A stretch of DNA of 54,082 nucleotides, taken from NCBI GenBank assembly GCA_030445805.1, contig JASUTA010000001.1, positions 1 to 54,082 on the forward strand, given 5' to 3'. The position numbers and the translations under genes were made by a program. Shown here in pieces: positions 11,056-21,150 of this stretch. The DNA comes from Clostridiales bacterium. Its GTDB lineage: Bacteria; Bacillota; Clostridia; Peptostreptococcales; Acidaminobacteraceae. Below the pieces are notes generated by a model. It worked only from the letters and a program-made list of their open reading frames with translations, searched no databases and was not told where the DNA came from. How positions within the stretch are numbered: position 1 is the stretch's first letter; each line of letters opens with the position of its first letter.

Positions 11056-12093
11056 ATGAAAATCGGAAAACTCGATAATGCCGTTTTGGAAAAAACGGTG
11101 TTGGGTTCCATAAAAAAAATCCGGACGGATGTGCTCGTCGGACCAGGAATCGGGGAAGACTGTGCGGCGCTGGATTTCGGAGAAGAAGCCTGTGTGCTGA
11201 CTACCGATCCGATTACGGGTGCGGGCATTCATCAGGGGCGATTGGCGGTTCACGTCTGCTTGAACGACATTGCGTCCAGCGGGGCGGAACCGGTCGGACT
11301 GCTTCTGACGATTTTGGCGCCGCCGGATGCAACGGTTCAGGAGATTCAAAACATTCAGGCAGAAGCTGCTAAAACGGCCGAAGAGATGGGTGTTGAAATC
11401 ATCGGCGGACATACGGAAATCACCGATGCCGTCACGCGAATGGTTGTATCGGCCACCGCTGTGGGGCGCGTTCCGAAAAAACGATTGCTAAAGACGGGAG
11501 GGGCTCTCCCGGGAGATGGGCTGTTCCTGACGAAATCCGCAGGGCTGGAGGGCAGTCTCATTTTGTCTTCGGACAGAAAAGATCATTTGAAAGCGGTTCT
11601 CGATGCCGAGGATTGGGCTGAATTAGAAGCGATGGCGCAGGCGGTCAGCGTTGTGCCGGACGGTAGAATTGCCTCGGGATGCAGCGTACATGCCATGCAT
11701 GACGTAACGGAAGGCGGCGTACTCGGTGCGATTTACGAGATGTGTGATGCCGGTAACTGCGGTTGTGACATCGTCAGAAGTGCCATTCCGATTCAAAAGA
11801 GCACTGAAAAAATTTGCGGACACTTCAAAATCGATCCGCTTAAACTGATTTCCAGTGGGGCAATGCTCATTGCCGCCGCACCGGAAAACGAAGCCGAATT
11901 GATGACGGCATTTCGGGAAGCCGATATTGCCATTTCAAAAATCGGCGTTTTGACAAAACGCAAGGAACGACGCCTTTATGAAGGGGCAATCGGCTCGGAC
12001 GCTTTTGAACCTATTCACGCCCCGGAAGTCGATATGATTTATCAGGCGCTTGCGGGAAGTGCCGGGCCTGCGGGAAATGCATCAAAGGAATAA
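11056..12093 (+). CDS. AIR-synthase-related (PurM/HypE/ThiL/SelD superfamily) protein
   Basis: 345 aa. The N-terminal GPGIGEDCAALD...DPITG and C-terminal HDVTEGG blocks are typical of the PurM-like fold. Confidence 0.7.
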   Translation: MKIGKLDNAVLEKTVLGSIKKIRTDVLVGPGIGEDCAALDFGEEACVLTTDPITGAGIHQGRLAVHVCLNDIASSGAEPVGLLLTILAPPDATVQEIQNIQAEAAKTAEEMGVEIIGGHTEITDAVTRMVVSATAVGRVPKKRLLKTGGALPGDGLFLTKSAGLEGSLILSSDRKDHLKAVLDAEDWAELEAMAQAVSVVPDGRIASGCSVHAMHDVTEGGVLGAIYEMCDAGNCGCDIVRSAIPIQKSTEKICGHFKIDPLKLISSGAMLIAAAPENEAELMTAFREADIAISKIGVLTKRKERRLYEGAIGSDAFEPIHAPEVDMIYQALAGSAGPAGNASKE

Positions 12094-12190
12094 GACGCAT
12101 CGCAGGAATAAAACGCGTAAGGCATGTAGAAATTCGGGACTGACCGGTTCTGCGGAATCGGGCCTATACTTTTGTGGGGGAGATCATTGA

Positions 12191-14305
12191 ATGAAGAGTA
12201 AAAGAATGACGAAATCAATACGCACCGCACTGATTTTATTGCTTTGCCTGGCCGCTGTTTTGCAACAGACACCGGTCTTTGCCAATAAATATGCTGAGTA
12301 TGAGAGCGTTGCGCTTGTGGATACATCAAACGGAACCGTAGGCTATTATGAACCGATCAACCTGATGATCGGCGGGGAAGATATTTTTTCGGACGCACCG
12401 GGAATCATTGTAAACGGAAGGGCCCTGGTGCCGATCTCCGCTATTTTGACAGAACTCGGTATTGAATACACGTGGACGCAAGCGACCCGTGAAATTTCCT
12501 TTTCGTACGGCGGGAAATCTGTCGTAATGCAAATTGACAATACCTATGCCACTGTGGATGGCGTTAAGACCCTATTGCCGGATGGTGTGGCACCGAGAGT
12601 GATGAATTACCTGAGTGTTTCCGGTGATGAAATTGCGCGGACTTATGTGCCCGTTAAATTCATCAGCGGTGTGCTCAATTTGAGTGCGACTTGGATTGAC
12701 AGCACGCGAACGGTTGCGGTCAATAAGAAAGAACAGACGCTGACCGGCGCTTATTTGGACTATACAAAAACTTATCCCGAAATCCGACTCAAAGTTACCG
12801 GTGAAGTAGATGCCACTTCTTTTGTCATCAGCGGAGCCGACGTCGGCGGACAGGATAAAGTCGTTGTGGATTTGCAAAATACAAAAGTAGACATCTCGGG
12901 AGCGGATGCTTACTGGACGGAATCCGGCGGTGTATGGACTTACGATATTTATGACGGCATATTCGGCCTCGACAAAGTGGATATCGAACAGACGGGAACA
13001 ATGCCTTACACGACGCGCGTGACCCTTTATCAGGATGAACGCCGTGGACATGATATTTCTTATGATGCGAAAACGGGTGAAATGGTTATTCGCCTGATTA
13101 ACACGGTCAACGACGTTTCGGTCGAAAAAATTTACAGCACCGATGCCGTTGTCATTGAGACCAGTGAAAACCCCATGGTTCAGACAACGCTCGACGGCGA
13201 TAAATTCTACATCGATGTCATCGGAAGCTATCTGCACATCGGCGACGGTATGAAAACGTATATGACCGTCAATGAAGGCAAAATCGAGTCGGTGACTTAT
13301 GAACAAAAGAAAGACAGCTACTATGCGCCGTTTGATGACATCACCCGGATTACCATCAATCTGACAGAAGCGGTCACTTATGACGATCTGTATCTGGAAA
13401 GTGACGGAACGGCCATTTACGTCTTCGTAACGCCGAACCCGATCAACAATTTCGAATACGTCAAGTTGGATCAGTCTACTGCAAAAATGAGCGTTCGACT
13501 CTTTGAGGCGGCTTCATACACACCGACATACGACGCGGGATCGCGGACGCTTTCAGTCACCCTGCCGAAATCGGTTACAGATCTGGGTGATTTCGTATAT
13601 GATGTAGATGACAATGTCATTGAATCGTTTACGGTGGAAGAGACCGACAGGGTTTATAAATTGAGCGCAAAACTTGCCGAAAATACAGTATACACAGAAA
13701 CCGGTACGGCAACATCGGTTGCTTTCAAATTTACCAATACAAAAATACGGGATTCGGAATATTCGGATCGATTGATCGTCATTGATGCCGGTCACGGCGG
13801 TAAGGACCCGGGTGCCATCGGTACCAAAGCGGAAGAAAAAGACCTGACTTTAAAAGCGGCACTTTATCTGGAAGACGTCTTAGTCAAACAGGGCTTTAAA
13901 GTCTATATGACGCGTTCAACGGATGACTACGTCAACCTCTACGACCGTGCATCCATTGCAAATGATTTGGGGGCAGACCTCTTTGTCAGCGTTCATATCA
14001 ATGCGCACACCGGTGCGACGGCGTCGGGGATTGAAGTGCTTTATGCGAATGAGTCCATGTCCTCGGATAAAGGATTGGCAACGCTGATGCAAGATGCGCT
14101 CATCGATGAACTCGGTGCGGTGGACCGCGGGATTTCAAGTCGTCCGCGATTGGTTGTTCTCAGAGAGACGACGATGCCTTCCGTATTGGCAGAACTCGGT
14201 TTTATCAGCAACCCGGATGAGCAGGCAAAATTGATGACGGACAGTTATCTGCAACGTGCCGCGGAAGCAATGGCAGAAAGTATTATGAATTTCTTAGATA
14301 AATAA
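12191..14305 (+). CDS. Secreted N-acetylmuramoyl-L-alanine amidase (Amidase_3) with an N-terminal copper-amine-oxidase-like stalk domain
   Basis: Signal peptide [24 protein letters not shown]. The C-terminus carries [15 protein letters not shown]...VSVHINA...[10 protein letters not shown]. Confidence 0.85.
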   Translation: MKSKRMTKSIRTALILLLCLAAVLQQTPVFANKYAEYESVALVDTSNGTVGYYEPINLMIGGEDIFSDAPGIIVNGRALVPISAILTELGIEYTWTQATREISFSYGGKSVVMQIDNTYATVDGVKTLLPDGVAPRVMNYLSVSGDEIARTYVPVKFISGVLNLSATWIDSTRTVAVNKKEQTLTGAYLDYTKTYPEIRLKVTGEVDATSFVISGADVGGQDKVVVDLQNTKVDISGADAYWTESGGVWTYDIYDGIFGLDKVDIEQTGTMPYTTRVTLYQDERRGHDISYDAKTGEMVIRLINTVNDVSVEKIYSTDAVVIETSENPMVQTTLDGDKFYIDVIGSYLHIGDGMKTYMTVNEGKIESVTYEQKKDSYYAPFDDITRITINLTEAVTYDDLYLESDGTAIYVFVTPNPINNFEYVKLDQSTAKMSVRLFEAASYTPTYDAGSRTLSVTLPKSVTDLGDFVYDVDDNVIESFTVEETDRVYKLSAKLAENTVYTETGTATSVAFKFTNTKIRDSEYSDRLIVIDAGHGGKDPGAIGTKAEEKDLTLKAALYLEDVLVKQGFKVYMTRSTDDYVNLYDRASIANDLGADLFVSVHINAHTGATASGIEVLYANESMSSDKGLATLMQDALIDELGAVDRGISSRPRLVVLRETTMPSVLAELGFISNPDEQAKLMTDSYLQRAAEAMAESIMNFLDK

Positions 14306-14316
14306 GGAAGTGTGAG

Positions 14317-15027
14317 ATGAGAGGCGACGGACGAAAAAAAGATGAATTGAGACCACTTTGCATTACGAGAAACTACCTTAAGCACCCCCAAGGCTCTGTG
14401 CTGATTGAAATGGGGGATACGAAAGTCATTTGTACGGCGATGGTTGAAGAGAAAGTGCCCGCGTTTTTAAAAGGCGCGGGACAGGGATGGGTGACGGCGG
14501 AATACAGCATGCTTCCCGGTTCGACACAACAGCGAAAGACGCGGAGCACGAAGGGGCCGGACGGTCGCAGCCAAGAAATACAGCGGTTAATCGGGCGGTC
14601 GCTGCGCTCGGTTGTCGATTTGAATGCACTTGGTGAGCGCACCATATGGATTGATTGTGACGTTATTCAGGCAGACGGCGGGACGCGGACGGCTTCGATT
14701 ACAGGGGCTTATGTCGCCCTTGAAGATGCCGTTCAAACGCTCATCAAGTCGGGTGTTTTGAGTGCTTCTCCGATTCAATCTCCGGTTGCGGCGGTAAGCG
14801 TCGGCGTCGTTGGGAATGAGATGATGCTGGATCTTTGCTATGCGGAGGATTCCGTCGCAGAAGTGGATTTCAACTTGGTTATGACCGGTGAAGGCGCTTT
14901 TATAGAGCTTCAGGGGACAGGGGAGCAACACCCGTTTTCAAGAGAACAACTGGATACATTGATTGCCCTCGGTTCCAAAGGCATTTATGAATTAATCGAT
15001 TATCAAAAATCGGTTCTGAGCGAATAA
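14317..15027 (+). CDS. rph: Ribonuclease PH
   Basis: 236 aa with [12 protein letters not shown] and [11 protein letters not shown]; rph-rdgB synteny. Confidence 0.93.
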   Translation: MRGDGRKKDELRPLCITRNYLKHPQGSVLIEMGDTKVICTAMVEEKVPAFLKGAGQGWVTAEYSMLPGSTQQRKTRSTKGPDGRSQEIQRLIGRSLRSVVDLNALGERTIWIDCDVIQADGGTRTASITGAYVALEDAVQTLIKSGVLSASPIQSPVAAVSVGVVGNEMMLDLCYAEDSVAEVDFNLVMTGEGAFIELQGTGEQHPFSREQLDTLIALGSKGIYELIDYQKSVLSE

Positions 15028-15105
15028 AAACGGGTATTGATAAAAAGTAAATTGAGCATTGATAAAAAATATTTACAAACGATGCATCCGGATATAGGAG
15101 AAAAT

Positions 15106-15738
15106 ATGCCGCAAGAAGTGAAAATGAACCCGGAAAAGGCACAGCTCATAGTTGCCTCTTCCAGTGTGCACAAAATAAAGGAAATCAGAGAAATACTAAA
15201 ATCGTTTGATTTTGAAATTCTGTCCATGGCCCAAGTCGGATTGGGTGATTTGGACATTGAAGAAAACGGCAGCAGTTTTGAAGAAAATGCAGAAATCAAA
15301 GCCCGTGAAGTTTTTGAACGCATGGGCGGCAAGGTTATGACGCTTGCCGACGATTCAGGGCTGGAAGTCGATTATTTAAACGGTGCTCCCGGCATTTATT
15401 CCGCACGTTTTTCGGGGATGCCGAGAAGTGACGCCAGAAACAATGAAAAATTATTAGAGGCACTCTCAGGCGTGCCTTCCGAAAAACGCGGGGCACAGTT
15501 TGTTTCGGCACTCGTGCTGATGATGCCCGACAGAAACCCCATCGTTGTCCGGGGGACGATTCGCGGCGTGATCCTGGAGGCGCCGGCCGGAGAAAAGGGT
15601 TTTGGCTATGATCCGCTCTTCTACATGCCTGAACTGGATAAAACTTTGGCGCAAATGTCCGAAACGGAAAAAAATCAAAACAGTCACCGGAGCAAGGCGC
15701 TTGCGGCGTTAAAAGAAAGGCTTGAAATTGACTTATGA
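15106..15738 (+). CDS. rdgB: XTP/dITP diphosphatase (Ham1/RdgB)
   Basis: LIVASSSVHKIKE..., GFGYDPLF, SHR motifs. ATG at 15106 follows AGGAG; the 15037 start is a probable over-extension. Confidence 0.88.
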   Translation: MPQEVKMNPEKAQLIVASSSVHKIKEIREILKSFDFEILSMAQVGLGDLDIEENGSSFEENAEIKAREVFERMGGKVMTLADDSGLEVDYLNGAPGIYSARFSGMPRSDARNNEKLLEALSGVPSEKRGAQFVSALVLMMPDRNPIVVRGTIRGVILEAPAGEKGFGYDPLFYMPELDKTLAQMSETEKNQNSHRSKALAALKERLEIDL

Positions 15739-16211
15739 GAGCATTGATTGTCAGTGATACACACGGGCAGATCCGTTCTGTGACCGATTGGATGGAAGCG
15801 CAGGCGGAAACGTTTGATGAAATATGGCATCTGGGTGATTATGACCGGGATGCCGAAGGATTTAAGGCACTTTGCCATTTGCCCGTCTATTCGGTCAAAG
15901 GCAATTGTGACCTTGGCAGTTCCGGCAGGGAGCATATCATACTGGAACGGATGGGAAAACGGATTGTGTTGACCCATGGACACTTGGAACGCGTCAAGGG
16001 CGGTTTGACAACACTCTATGTCTTTGCCAGATCTCAAGAGGCAGACTTGATTTGCTTTGGCCATACCCATCAGCCGGTCATCTTTCATGAAGACGGCATT
16101 TACCTGTTCAATCCGGGAAGCCCGACGCTTCCTCGCTTGGGCATGCCGCGCACTGTCGGAATTGCCGAAATTAATGAGAAAGGCATACACCTTAGTCATT
16201 TCAACCTATAG
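15735..16211 (+). CDS. YfcE/MJ0936-family metallophosphoesterase (YsnB-like)
   Basis: DTHG, GDYDRD, GNCD and GHTH motifs. Its ATG overlaps the rdgB stop (ATGA). The order matches B. subtilis rph-ysnA-ysnB. Confidence 0.85.
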   Translation: MRALIVSDTHGQIRSVTDWMEAQAETFDEIWHLGDYDRDAEGFKALCHLPVYSVKGNCDLGSSGREHIILERMGKRIVLTHGHLERVKGGLTTLYVFARSQEADLICFGHTHQPVIFHEDGIYLFNPGSPTLPRLGMPRTVGIAEINEKGIHLSHFNL

Positions 16212-16250
16212 AGCCGTTAAAAACGATTAAATTCTTTTCGAAAAAAGTGG

Positions 16251-16279
16251 TTGACGCAGTATTGAGAATACGGTATAAT
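16251..16279 (+). promoter_or_regulatory. Sigma-A-type promoter of the tRNA operon
   Basis: TTGACG (16251..16256), 17-nt spacer, TATAAT (16274..16279), about 20 nt before the first tRNA. Confidence 0.7.
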
Positions 16280-16298
16280 AGACTTCGTCAGCAAATGA

Positions 16299-16375
16299 CG
16301 GGGTGTAGCGCAGTTTGGTAGCGCATCTGGTTTGGGACCAGAGGGCCGCGGGTTCAAATCCTGCCACCCCGACCA
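16299..16375 (+). tRNA. tRNA-Pro (anticodon UGG), CCA encoded
   Basis: Manual cloverleaf: acceptor CGGGGTG/CACCCCG, anticodon stem TCTGG/CCAGA, loop TTTGGGA. Confidence 0.9.
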
Positions 16376-16380
16376 ATTGC

Positions 16381-16457
16381 GCGTCCGTAGCTCAACTGGA
16401 TAGAGCACCGCCCTTCTAAGGCGGTTGTTCGGGGTTCGAGTCCCTGCGGACGCGCCA
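16381..16457 (+). tRNA. tRNA-Arg (anticodon UCU), CCA encoded
   Basis: Acceptor GCGTCCG/CGGACGC, anticodon stem CCGCC/GGCGG, loop CTTCTAA, T-loop TTCGAGT. Confidence 0.9.
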
Positions 16458-16498
16458 CTTGAAGAAACTATTGGGCATTGCGACCAAAAAAAGAATAT

Positions 16499-16575
16499 GG
16501 CGACTGTCGTCAAGCGGTTAAGACAAAGGATTGTGGCTCCTTCACGCGTGGGTTCGAATCCCATCAGTCGCCCCA
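16499..16575 (+). tRNA. tRNA-His (anticodon GUG) with the extra 5' G(-1), CCA encoded
   Basis: G + GCGACTG/CAGTCGC acceptor, anticodon loop TTGTGGC, T-loop TTCGAAT. Confidence 0.88.
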
Positions 16576-16584
16576 ATTTTCTGG

Positions 16585-16659
16585 TGGGGATTCGCCAAGC
16601 GGTAAGGCACCGGACTTTGACTCCGTTATGCACAGGTTCAAATCCTGTATCCCCAGCCA
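16585..16659 (+). tRNA. tRNA-Gln (anticodon UUG), CCA encoded
   Basis: Acceptor TGGGGAT/ATCCCCA, anticodon loop CTTTGAC, T-loop TTCAAAT. Confidence 0.88.
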
Positions 16660-16664
16660 AATTT

Positions 16665-16740
16665 GATCCATTAGCTCAGTCGGTAGAGCACCTGACTTTT
16701 AATCAGGGTGTCCCGCGTTCGAGTCGCGGATGGATCACCA
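16665..16740 (+). tRNA. tRNA-Lys (anticodon UUU), CCA encoded
   Basis: Acceptor GATCCAT/ATGGATC, anticodon stem CCTGA/TCAGG, loop CTTTTAA. Confidence 0.9.
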
Positions 16741-16810
16741 TTTTAAAAGTCGCTTTGATGACAACATCGGGGTGGCTTTTTCTTTCTCAAGAAGACTCAA
16801 TCTTTTATCA

Positions 16811-16887
16811 GCGCCCTTAGCTCAATTGGATAGAGTACCGGACTTCGAATCCGTTGGTTGTGAGTTCGAATCTCGCAGGGCGCGCCA
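16811..16887 (+). tRNA. tRNA-Arg (anticodon UCG), CCA encoded
   Basis: Acceptor GCGCCCT/AGGGCGC, anticodon loop CTTCGAA, T-loop TTCGAAT. It follows tRNA-Lys after a 70-nt spacer. Confidence 0.88.
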
Positions 16888-16896
16888 TATAAAAAA

Positions 16897-16935
16897 ACGT
16901 TTTACAGTCATTTGACCGTAAAACGTTTTTATTTT
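16897..16935. terminator. Bidirectional rho-independent terminator between the tRNA operon and the convergent M20 peptidase gene
   Basis: ACGTTTTACAGTCA / TGACCGTAAAACGT stem with one mismatch, flanked by an A-run and TTTTTATTTTT. Confidence 0.8.
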
Positions 16936-16950
16936 TCTTCAAAAATGCGT

Positions 16951-18057
16951 TTATCCCTTAATCAGCTCAAGCACCATGCGGCTGGCATTGACGAGATCTT
17001 CAACGCGGATGTGTTCCTCTAAGGTATGAGGTTTCTGAGCGCCGATTCCCAGATTGACCGCTTCAATGCCGCCGGCGTTGTAGATATTGGTATCGCTCCC
17101 TCCGCCGGATTGTGTTGTAAACGGTTCAATGCCGATGGCCTCGCAAGCCCGGACGACATCCTTGACGATCGCGGCGTCCGAAGCCACAGAGAAGGCATTG
17201 TACATGCGCTCAATTGTGACATGGGCTTCACCGCCGAATTGCTTAGCGGCGTCTTCAAAACACGCTTTCATGTGTTCGGATTGCGCGTTTAATTTTTCAT
17301 TGTTCAAACTGCGCGCTTCTGCAAAAATGCTCACGTCGGCAGGAACGATGTTTGTTGCGCCGCCGCCTTCGATGCGACCGATATTGGCGGTCGTTTCGGA
17401 ATCGATTCGGAGCAGTTTCATTTTTGAAATGGCCTCGGCGGCGATCATAATGGCGCTGATGCCGTTTTCCGGTGAAACACCGGCGTGGGCCGGGCGTCCT
17501 TTTATGGTTACATTCACTTTATCCTGCGCAGGGCCTTGGATAACAATTTGTCCAGGCCTCCCGGAGCTGTCCAATACAAATGCCTTTTTAGACTGAAACT
17601 GAGAAAAATCCAGATTCTTGGCCCCATGGAGTCCACCTTCTTCAAAAATGCTGAAAGCGATTTCAATCGGCGGATGAGGGATGTTGTTTTCAATAGCGGT
17701 TTTGACCGCTTCGATCAGTGCGGAAATCCCCGCTTTGTCATCGGAAGCGAGAATGGTTGTTCCGTCGCTTTTAATGACGCCGTCTTCAATGTGCGGCTTA
17801 ATGCCGATTCCGGGGGATACCGTATCCATATGGCAGCTGAAGAGCAGCGGATTTTTCGCCGCAGTTCCCGGAAGTTTAGCAATGAGGTTTCCGGTATCCG
17901 AATCGAGTTTTTCCCCGGCGTCGTCAAATCGGACGCTGAATCCGATTTCAGAGAGAACCCCGGCTAAGTGTTTTGCAAATTGACCTTCGTGATGTGTCGG
18001 ACTGTCGATTTGGACACAGTCCATAAAAAATTGAACCAGTCTGTCCTGATTGATCAT
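16951..18057 (-). CDS. M20/M25/M40 metallohydrolase, peptidase-T-like
   Basis: 368 aa with metal-ligand blocks HMDTV, DDKAG, EEGG and an HT.EE C-terminus. Confidence 0.8.
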   Translation of the reverse strand: MINQDRLVQFFMDCVQIDSPTHHEGQFAKHLAGVLSEIGFSVRFDDAGEKLDSDTGNLIAKLPGTAAKNPLLFSCHMDTVSPGIGIKPHIEDGVIKSDGTTILASDDKAGISALIEAVKTAIENNIPHPPIEIAFSIFEEGGLHGAKNLDFSQFQSKKAFVLDSSGRPGQIVIQGPAQDKVNVTIKGRPAHAGVSPENGISAIMIAAEAISKMKLLRIDSETTANIGRIEGGGATNIVPADVSIFAEARSLNNEKLNAQSEHMKACFEDAAKQFGGEAHVTIERMYNAFSVASDAAIVKDVVRACEAIGIEPFTTQSGGGSDTNIYNAGGIEAVNLGIGAQKPHTLEEHIRVEDLVNASRMVLELIKG

Positions 18058-18087
18058 AAATTTAAGCCTCTCTTTTGTAAGAATAGA

Positions 18088-18117
18088 GTTCTGTTAATGA
18101 GGATCGGGTTCTGTTAA
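18088..18117 (-). promoter_or_regulatory. Two direct GTTCTGTTAA repeats 20 bp apart, upstream of the M20 peptidase gene
   Basis: gaGTTCTGTTAAtga (18088..) and ggGTTCTGTTAAaga (18108..), 30-60 nt from the start codon at 18057. Confidence 0.35.
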
Positions 18118-18167
18118 AGAATTGGAACCCTATCCCACTATGATATTATACACTTTCTGGGATGACA

Positions 18168-18923
18168 TTATACTCTCTTTTTACCCACGGGCATGACATA
18201 GGCGACAAATTCATCTTCACCGTCGATTTTCAGCAATCGGTCACACTTTTCTTGATTGTAAGAGGCGATGGCACAGGCGCCGGCATCAATGGCTTCACAG
18301 GCGAGATATAAATTTTCAGCGACATGCCCGAGGTCCAACAAAATCACTTTGTGCGATTTAAGGCCGTAGCGCCATTCCGTTCGATAAGGAACAGCGGCCC
18401 AATAAAAGACAGCCGGCGCGCTTCCGGCAAATTTTTGACCATAGACCGAGTCGATGATTTGTTCTTCCAAGTCTGTCGCTTTTGTGATACACTCCAATTG
18501 ATGTGACAGAGGGAGATAATGATAAATACCGGGATCCAGTCCCTCTACATTTTGAACGGCAATATAGATTTCCAGTGCGTGACGCGCGCCGCCGGACGGC
18601 GACGGTCGAAAACTGGCAACGTTGTCTCCGACAATTTTTTGAGTGCGATAAGTGACTTCGAGGAGCAACGAAAGTTCTTCGAGCGTGAGGGCAGTATCGG
18701 CGTATTGTCTCAGACTTCGTCTTTGAGTTAAAATTTCATAAAAATCATTGTTTTTTACAGCCAATCGACTTTCAGTCGGCAAAGAAATCAAAGCGGATTC
18801 CGGTGCCGGTTCCCTTTGGAGCGGCGGTGCGGGCATGCCTTTTACTTGATCGGATGGGGTTGGATTCACCCAGCTGTCATAATCGGCTTTCATAAAGCTT
18901 CTGTTAAAATGAATGTCTTTCAT
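18168..18923 (-). CDS. SagB/ThcOx-type nitroreductase-fold dehydrogenase (stand-alone)
   Basis: 251 aa. RRSLRQY...RPSPSGGARHALEIY...AAVPYRTEWRYG...LLDLGHVAENLYL is the SagB-type dehydrogenase domain pattern. Confidence 0.75.
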   Translation of the reverse strand: MKDIHFNRSFMKADYDSWVNPTPSDQVKGMPAPPLQREPAPESALISLPTESRLAVKNNDFYEILTQRRSLRQYADTALTLEELSLLLEVTYRTQKIVGDNVASFRPSPSGGARHALEIYIAVQNVEGLDPGIYHYLPLSHQLECITKATDLEEQIIDSVYGQKFAGSAPAVFYWAAVPYRTEWRYGLKSHKVILLDLGHVAENLYLACEAIDAGACAIASYNQEKCDRLLKIDGEDEFVAYVMPVGKKRV

Positions 18924-19118
18924 GGAATCCTCCTTATCGAATGGAATGCTCAGGATGAAAAATCTTGGGATTAAAACAAAAGTATATAAGTATTACCCAT
19001 TATACTAGAAAATCAAGCGAAGGAAAATATAGGATATAAAAGTAAAACTATGTGCAATCACAAAAATCTATGGTAAAATGTCATTGTTGTCGTTATCTTC
19101 ATTTTTTCGGGGGCTTTT

Positions 19119-21038
19119 ATGACCAGCTTAAAGAAAATTTTCAGAATGAGTTTGGCAGTGATTGCTGTGTTTATATGCTTTTCACTGTATATTAATTTTT
19201 ACTTTGTCCCCGAGGCTCAAGATTATATGAGCCGATTGGAAGACCATCTGGACGTAATGAGTGTCGGCCGTTTGGAAATGGATTTGCCGATTCGCGTTAT
19301 GGACAACGTCCTCACGCAAGTAAAAGGGAAATCACAGGAAGAGATCAGCGACAAACTGGTTGCGGCATATGATGAGAAACGCGATATTCTCCTCGCCAAT
19401 ACACAGCTTTTGCTGGATGATTTGATGGCGTTTGAGGCAGACGTGAATCGCGTGGACAGCCTTTCGATGAACATCCACTCCGAAGTTTCCGGTCAACTGA
19501 AAGATCAGCTGGAAGAGGCGACTTATTCGGTTCAGCGCATCAATACACTGATCCAAGGCAGTACCATTATGGGGACGCCGATTGATGAAATATCCACGCA
19601 TTATGAAACACTCGGCAATCAGATTGATCTGATTCGAGGCAGTGTCAAAACGTATAAGGGATCATTTACGAAAGACATCGGAAATATTATCCGCGTGATT
19701 TTCTTTGTCTTTTTAGCGTTTATCTTTATGAGCGGTTATATCCTTACACGGATTGTCCGCGGTGACTTGAGTTACATTTTAAAAGTTTTTTCAAATATTG
19801 AGCGCCATGAATATGACACAAAACAATTGCCGAAAGCTTCGCCTAAGTTTGAAGAAGAATTTCGCATTGTGAATTATGTTGAAAAAATGATGAATGAGCA
19901 GCACTTTTCCACACAGGTAAAAGAAGTGCTCATGACCCATTATATTGTAGAAGACGTTATTGAAAAGTTGTTTGAGATCGTCGAAAAACAAATCGGCGTC
20001 GATCGCGTCGGAATTGCTTTCGTCGATTATGAAAGTCAAAAATTCATTGCGGAGTACGGTGTTCTCAACTATGGGAAAGTGCTCCTCGGTCCCGGATTTG
20101 AAATCGGGTTCGATCGCACGACACTGAAGTCGGTAATTGAGGACAAGCGTGCGCGCATTACGCCCAACTTGGAAGAAGAGCTGGCTAAGCGGCCGAAAAG
20201 TCCGGCACTCAGACTGCTGCATGAAGAAGGGATTCACTCCAATATGATCCTGCCGATGACGATGGGTGAAGCCGTCTTTGGCATTGTATTTTTCAGTTCG
20301 AAAGAGGCCAACTATTTTACGGAAGATCATTTGAGAATTGCGGAAAAGATCATCTATGAAATCAGCGGATTGCTCAATCGCGCCTACTTCACTAAAGTTA
20401 TTTTTTCAAAGATCACCAACAGCTTTTCGGAGCTCGTCGAGAACAAAGATGCCGAAACGGGCGATCACGTTAAACGCATGGTGCGTTATTCCGTTGCCAT
20501 TGCCGAAGGTGTCCGCAAGGCGGAACACCCGGATTATCTCGTCAATAGGCGGTTTGTACTGGAAATCGAACGCAACGCTTCGGCGCATGACATCGGAAAA
20601 GTGGGCATCCCGGATGCCATTTTGAAAAAACCGGGGAAACTTGGGCCGAGCGAGTGGGAAGTCATGAAAACACACACGACCATCGGAGCGGGTATTTTCA
20701 CCGAACTCAGAGAGGGATTGCGCGTTTTTGACCCTGAATTTTATCGATTCGCAGAAGAAATTGCCCGGTCGCATCACGAGCGCTGGGACGGTACCGGGTA
20801 TCCGGATGGGCTTGTGGGGATGGATATCCCACTTTCTGCGCGGATTGTCGCACTGGCCGATGTTTTCGATGCGTTGACGTCGCCGCGCGTGTATAAGGCG
20901 GCTTACAGCTTTGAAGCCTCTGTTGAGATGATCAAAGAATCGGCGGGGACACACCTTGATCCGTTCTTGGTGGATATTTTTATCGATCATCTTGATGAAA
21001 TTTGGGAAATTTACAATCATTCCAATCACAATATATAA
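19119..21038 (+). CDS. Membrane-anchored sensor protein with GAF and HD-GYP domains (probable c-di-GMP phosphodiesterase)
   Basis: Two TM segments flank a helical region of about 170 aa. The central part is GAF-like. The C-terminus carries HDIGKVGIPDAILKKPGKL and HHERWDGTGYPDGL. Confidence 0.85.
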   Translation: MTSLKKIFRMSLAVIAVFICFSLYINFYFVPEAQDYMSRLEDHLDVMSVGRLEMDLPIRVMDNVLTQVKGKSQEEISDKLVAAYDEKRDILLANTQLLLDDLMAFEADVNRVDSLSMNIHSEVSGQLKDQLEEATYSVQRINTLIQGSTIMGTPIDEISTHYETLGNQIDLIRGSVKTYKGSFTKDIGNIIRVIFFVFLAFIFMSGYILTRIVRGDLSYILKVFSNIERHEYDTKQLPKASPKFEEEFRIVNYVEKMMNEQHFSTQVKEVLMTHYIVEDVIEKLFEIVEKQIGVDRVGIAFVDYESQKFIAEYGVLNYGKVLLGPGFEIGFDRTTLKSVIEDKRARITPNLEEELAKRPKSPALRLLHEEGIHSNMILPMTMGEAVFGIVFFSSKEANYFTEDHLRIAEKIIYEISGLLNRAYFTKVIFSKITNSFSELVENKDAETGDHVKRMVRYSVAIAEGVRKAEHPDYLVNRRFVLEIERNASAHDIGKVGIPDAILKKPGKLGPSEWEVMKTHTTIGAGIFTELREGLRVFDPEFYRFAEEIARSHHERWDGTGYPDGLVGMDIPLSARIVALADVFDALTSPRVYKAAYSFEASVEMIKESAGTHLDPFLVDIFIDHLDEIWEIYNHSNHNI

Positions 21039-21051
21039 TTTGTTAGAATCG

Positions 21052-21081
21052 GCCTCTGCCAAATGGTAGAGGCTGTTTTTT
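21052..21081 (+). terminator. Rho-independent terminator after the HD-GYP gene
   Basis: GCCTCT...AGAGGC hairpin followed by TGTTTTTT. Confidence 0.7.
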
Positions 21082-21150
21082 ATATCGGGATATTTTTGAT
21101 AAAATAAAGATAAGTCGGGTATAAATAAAACCAACTGGAAAAAAGAAACA

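Noticed and set aside
16299-16887. The tRNA cluster as an integration hotspot or genomic-island boundary
   Set aside because: There is no integrase or recombinase, no duplicated tRNA 3' end and no phage or plasmid gene on either side. The flanks are rph-rdgB and a peptidase.
16217-16915. ORFs on both strands across the tRNA cluster (16217..16660 minus; 16425..16820, 16478..16666 and 16730..16915 plus)
   Set aside because: They run straight through six well-folding tRNA genes, so they are spurious.
18168-18923. The SagB-type dehydrogenase as a marker of a thiazole/oxazole RiPP cluster
   Set aside because: No YcaO or cyclodehydratase, precursor peptide, protease/exporter or immunity gene lies within about 10 kb on either side.
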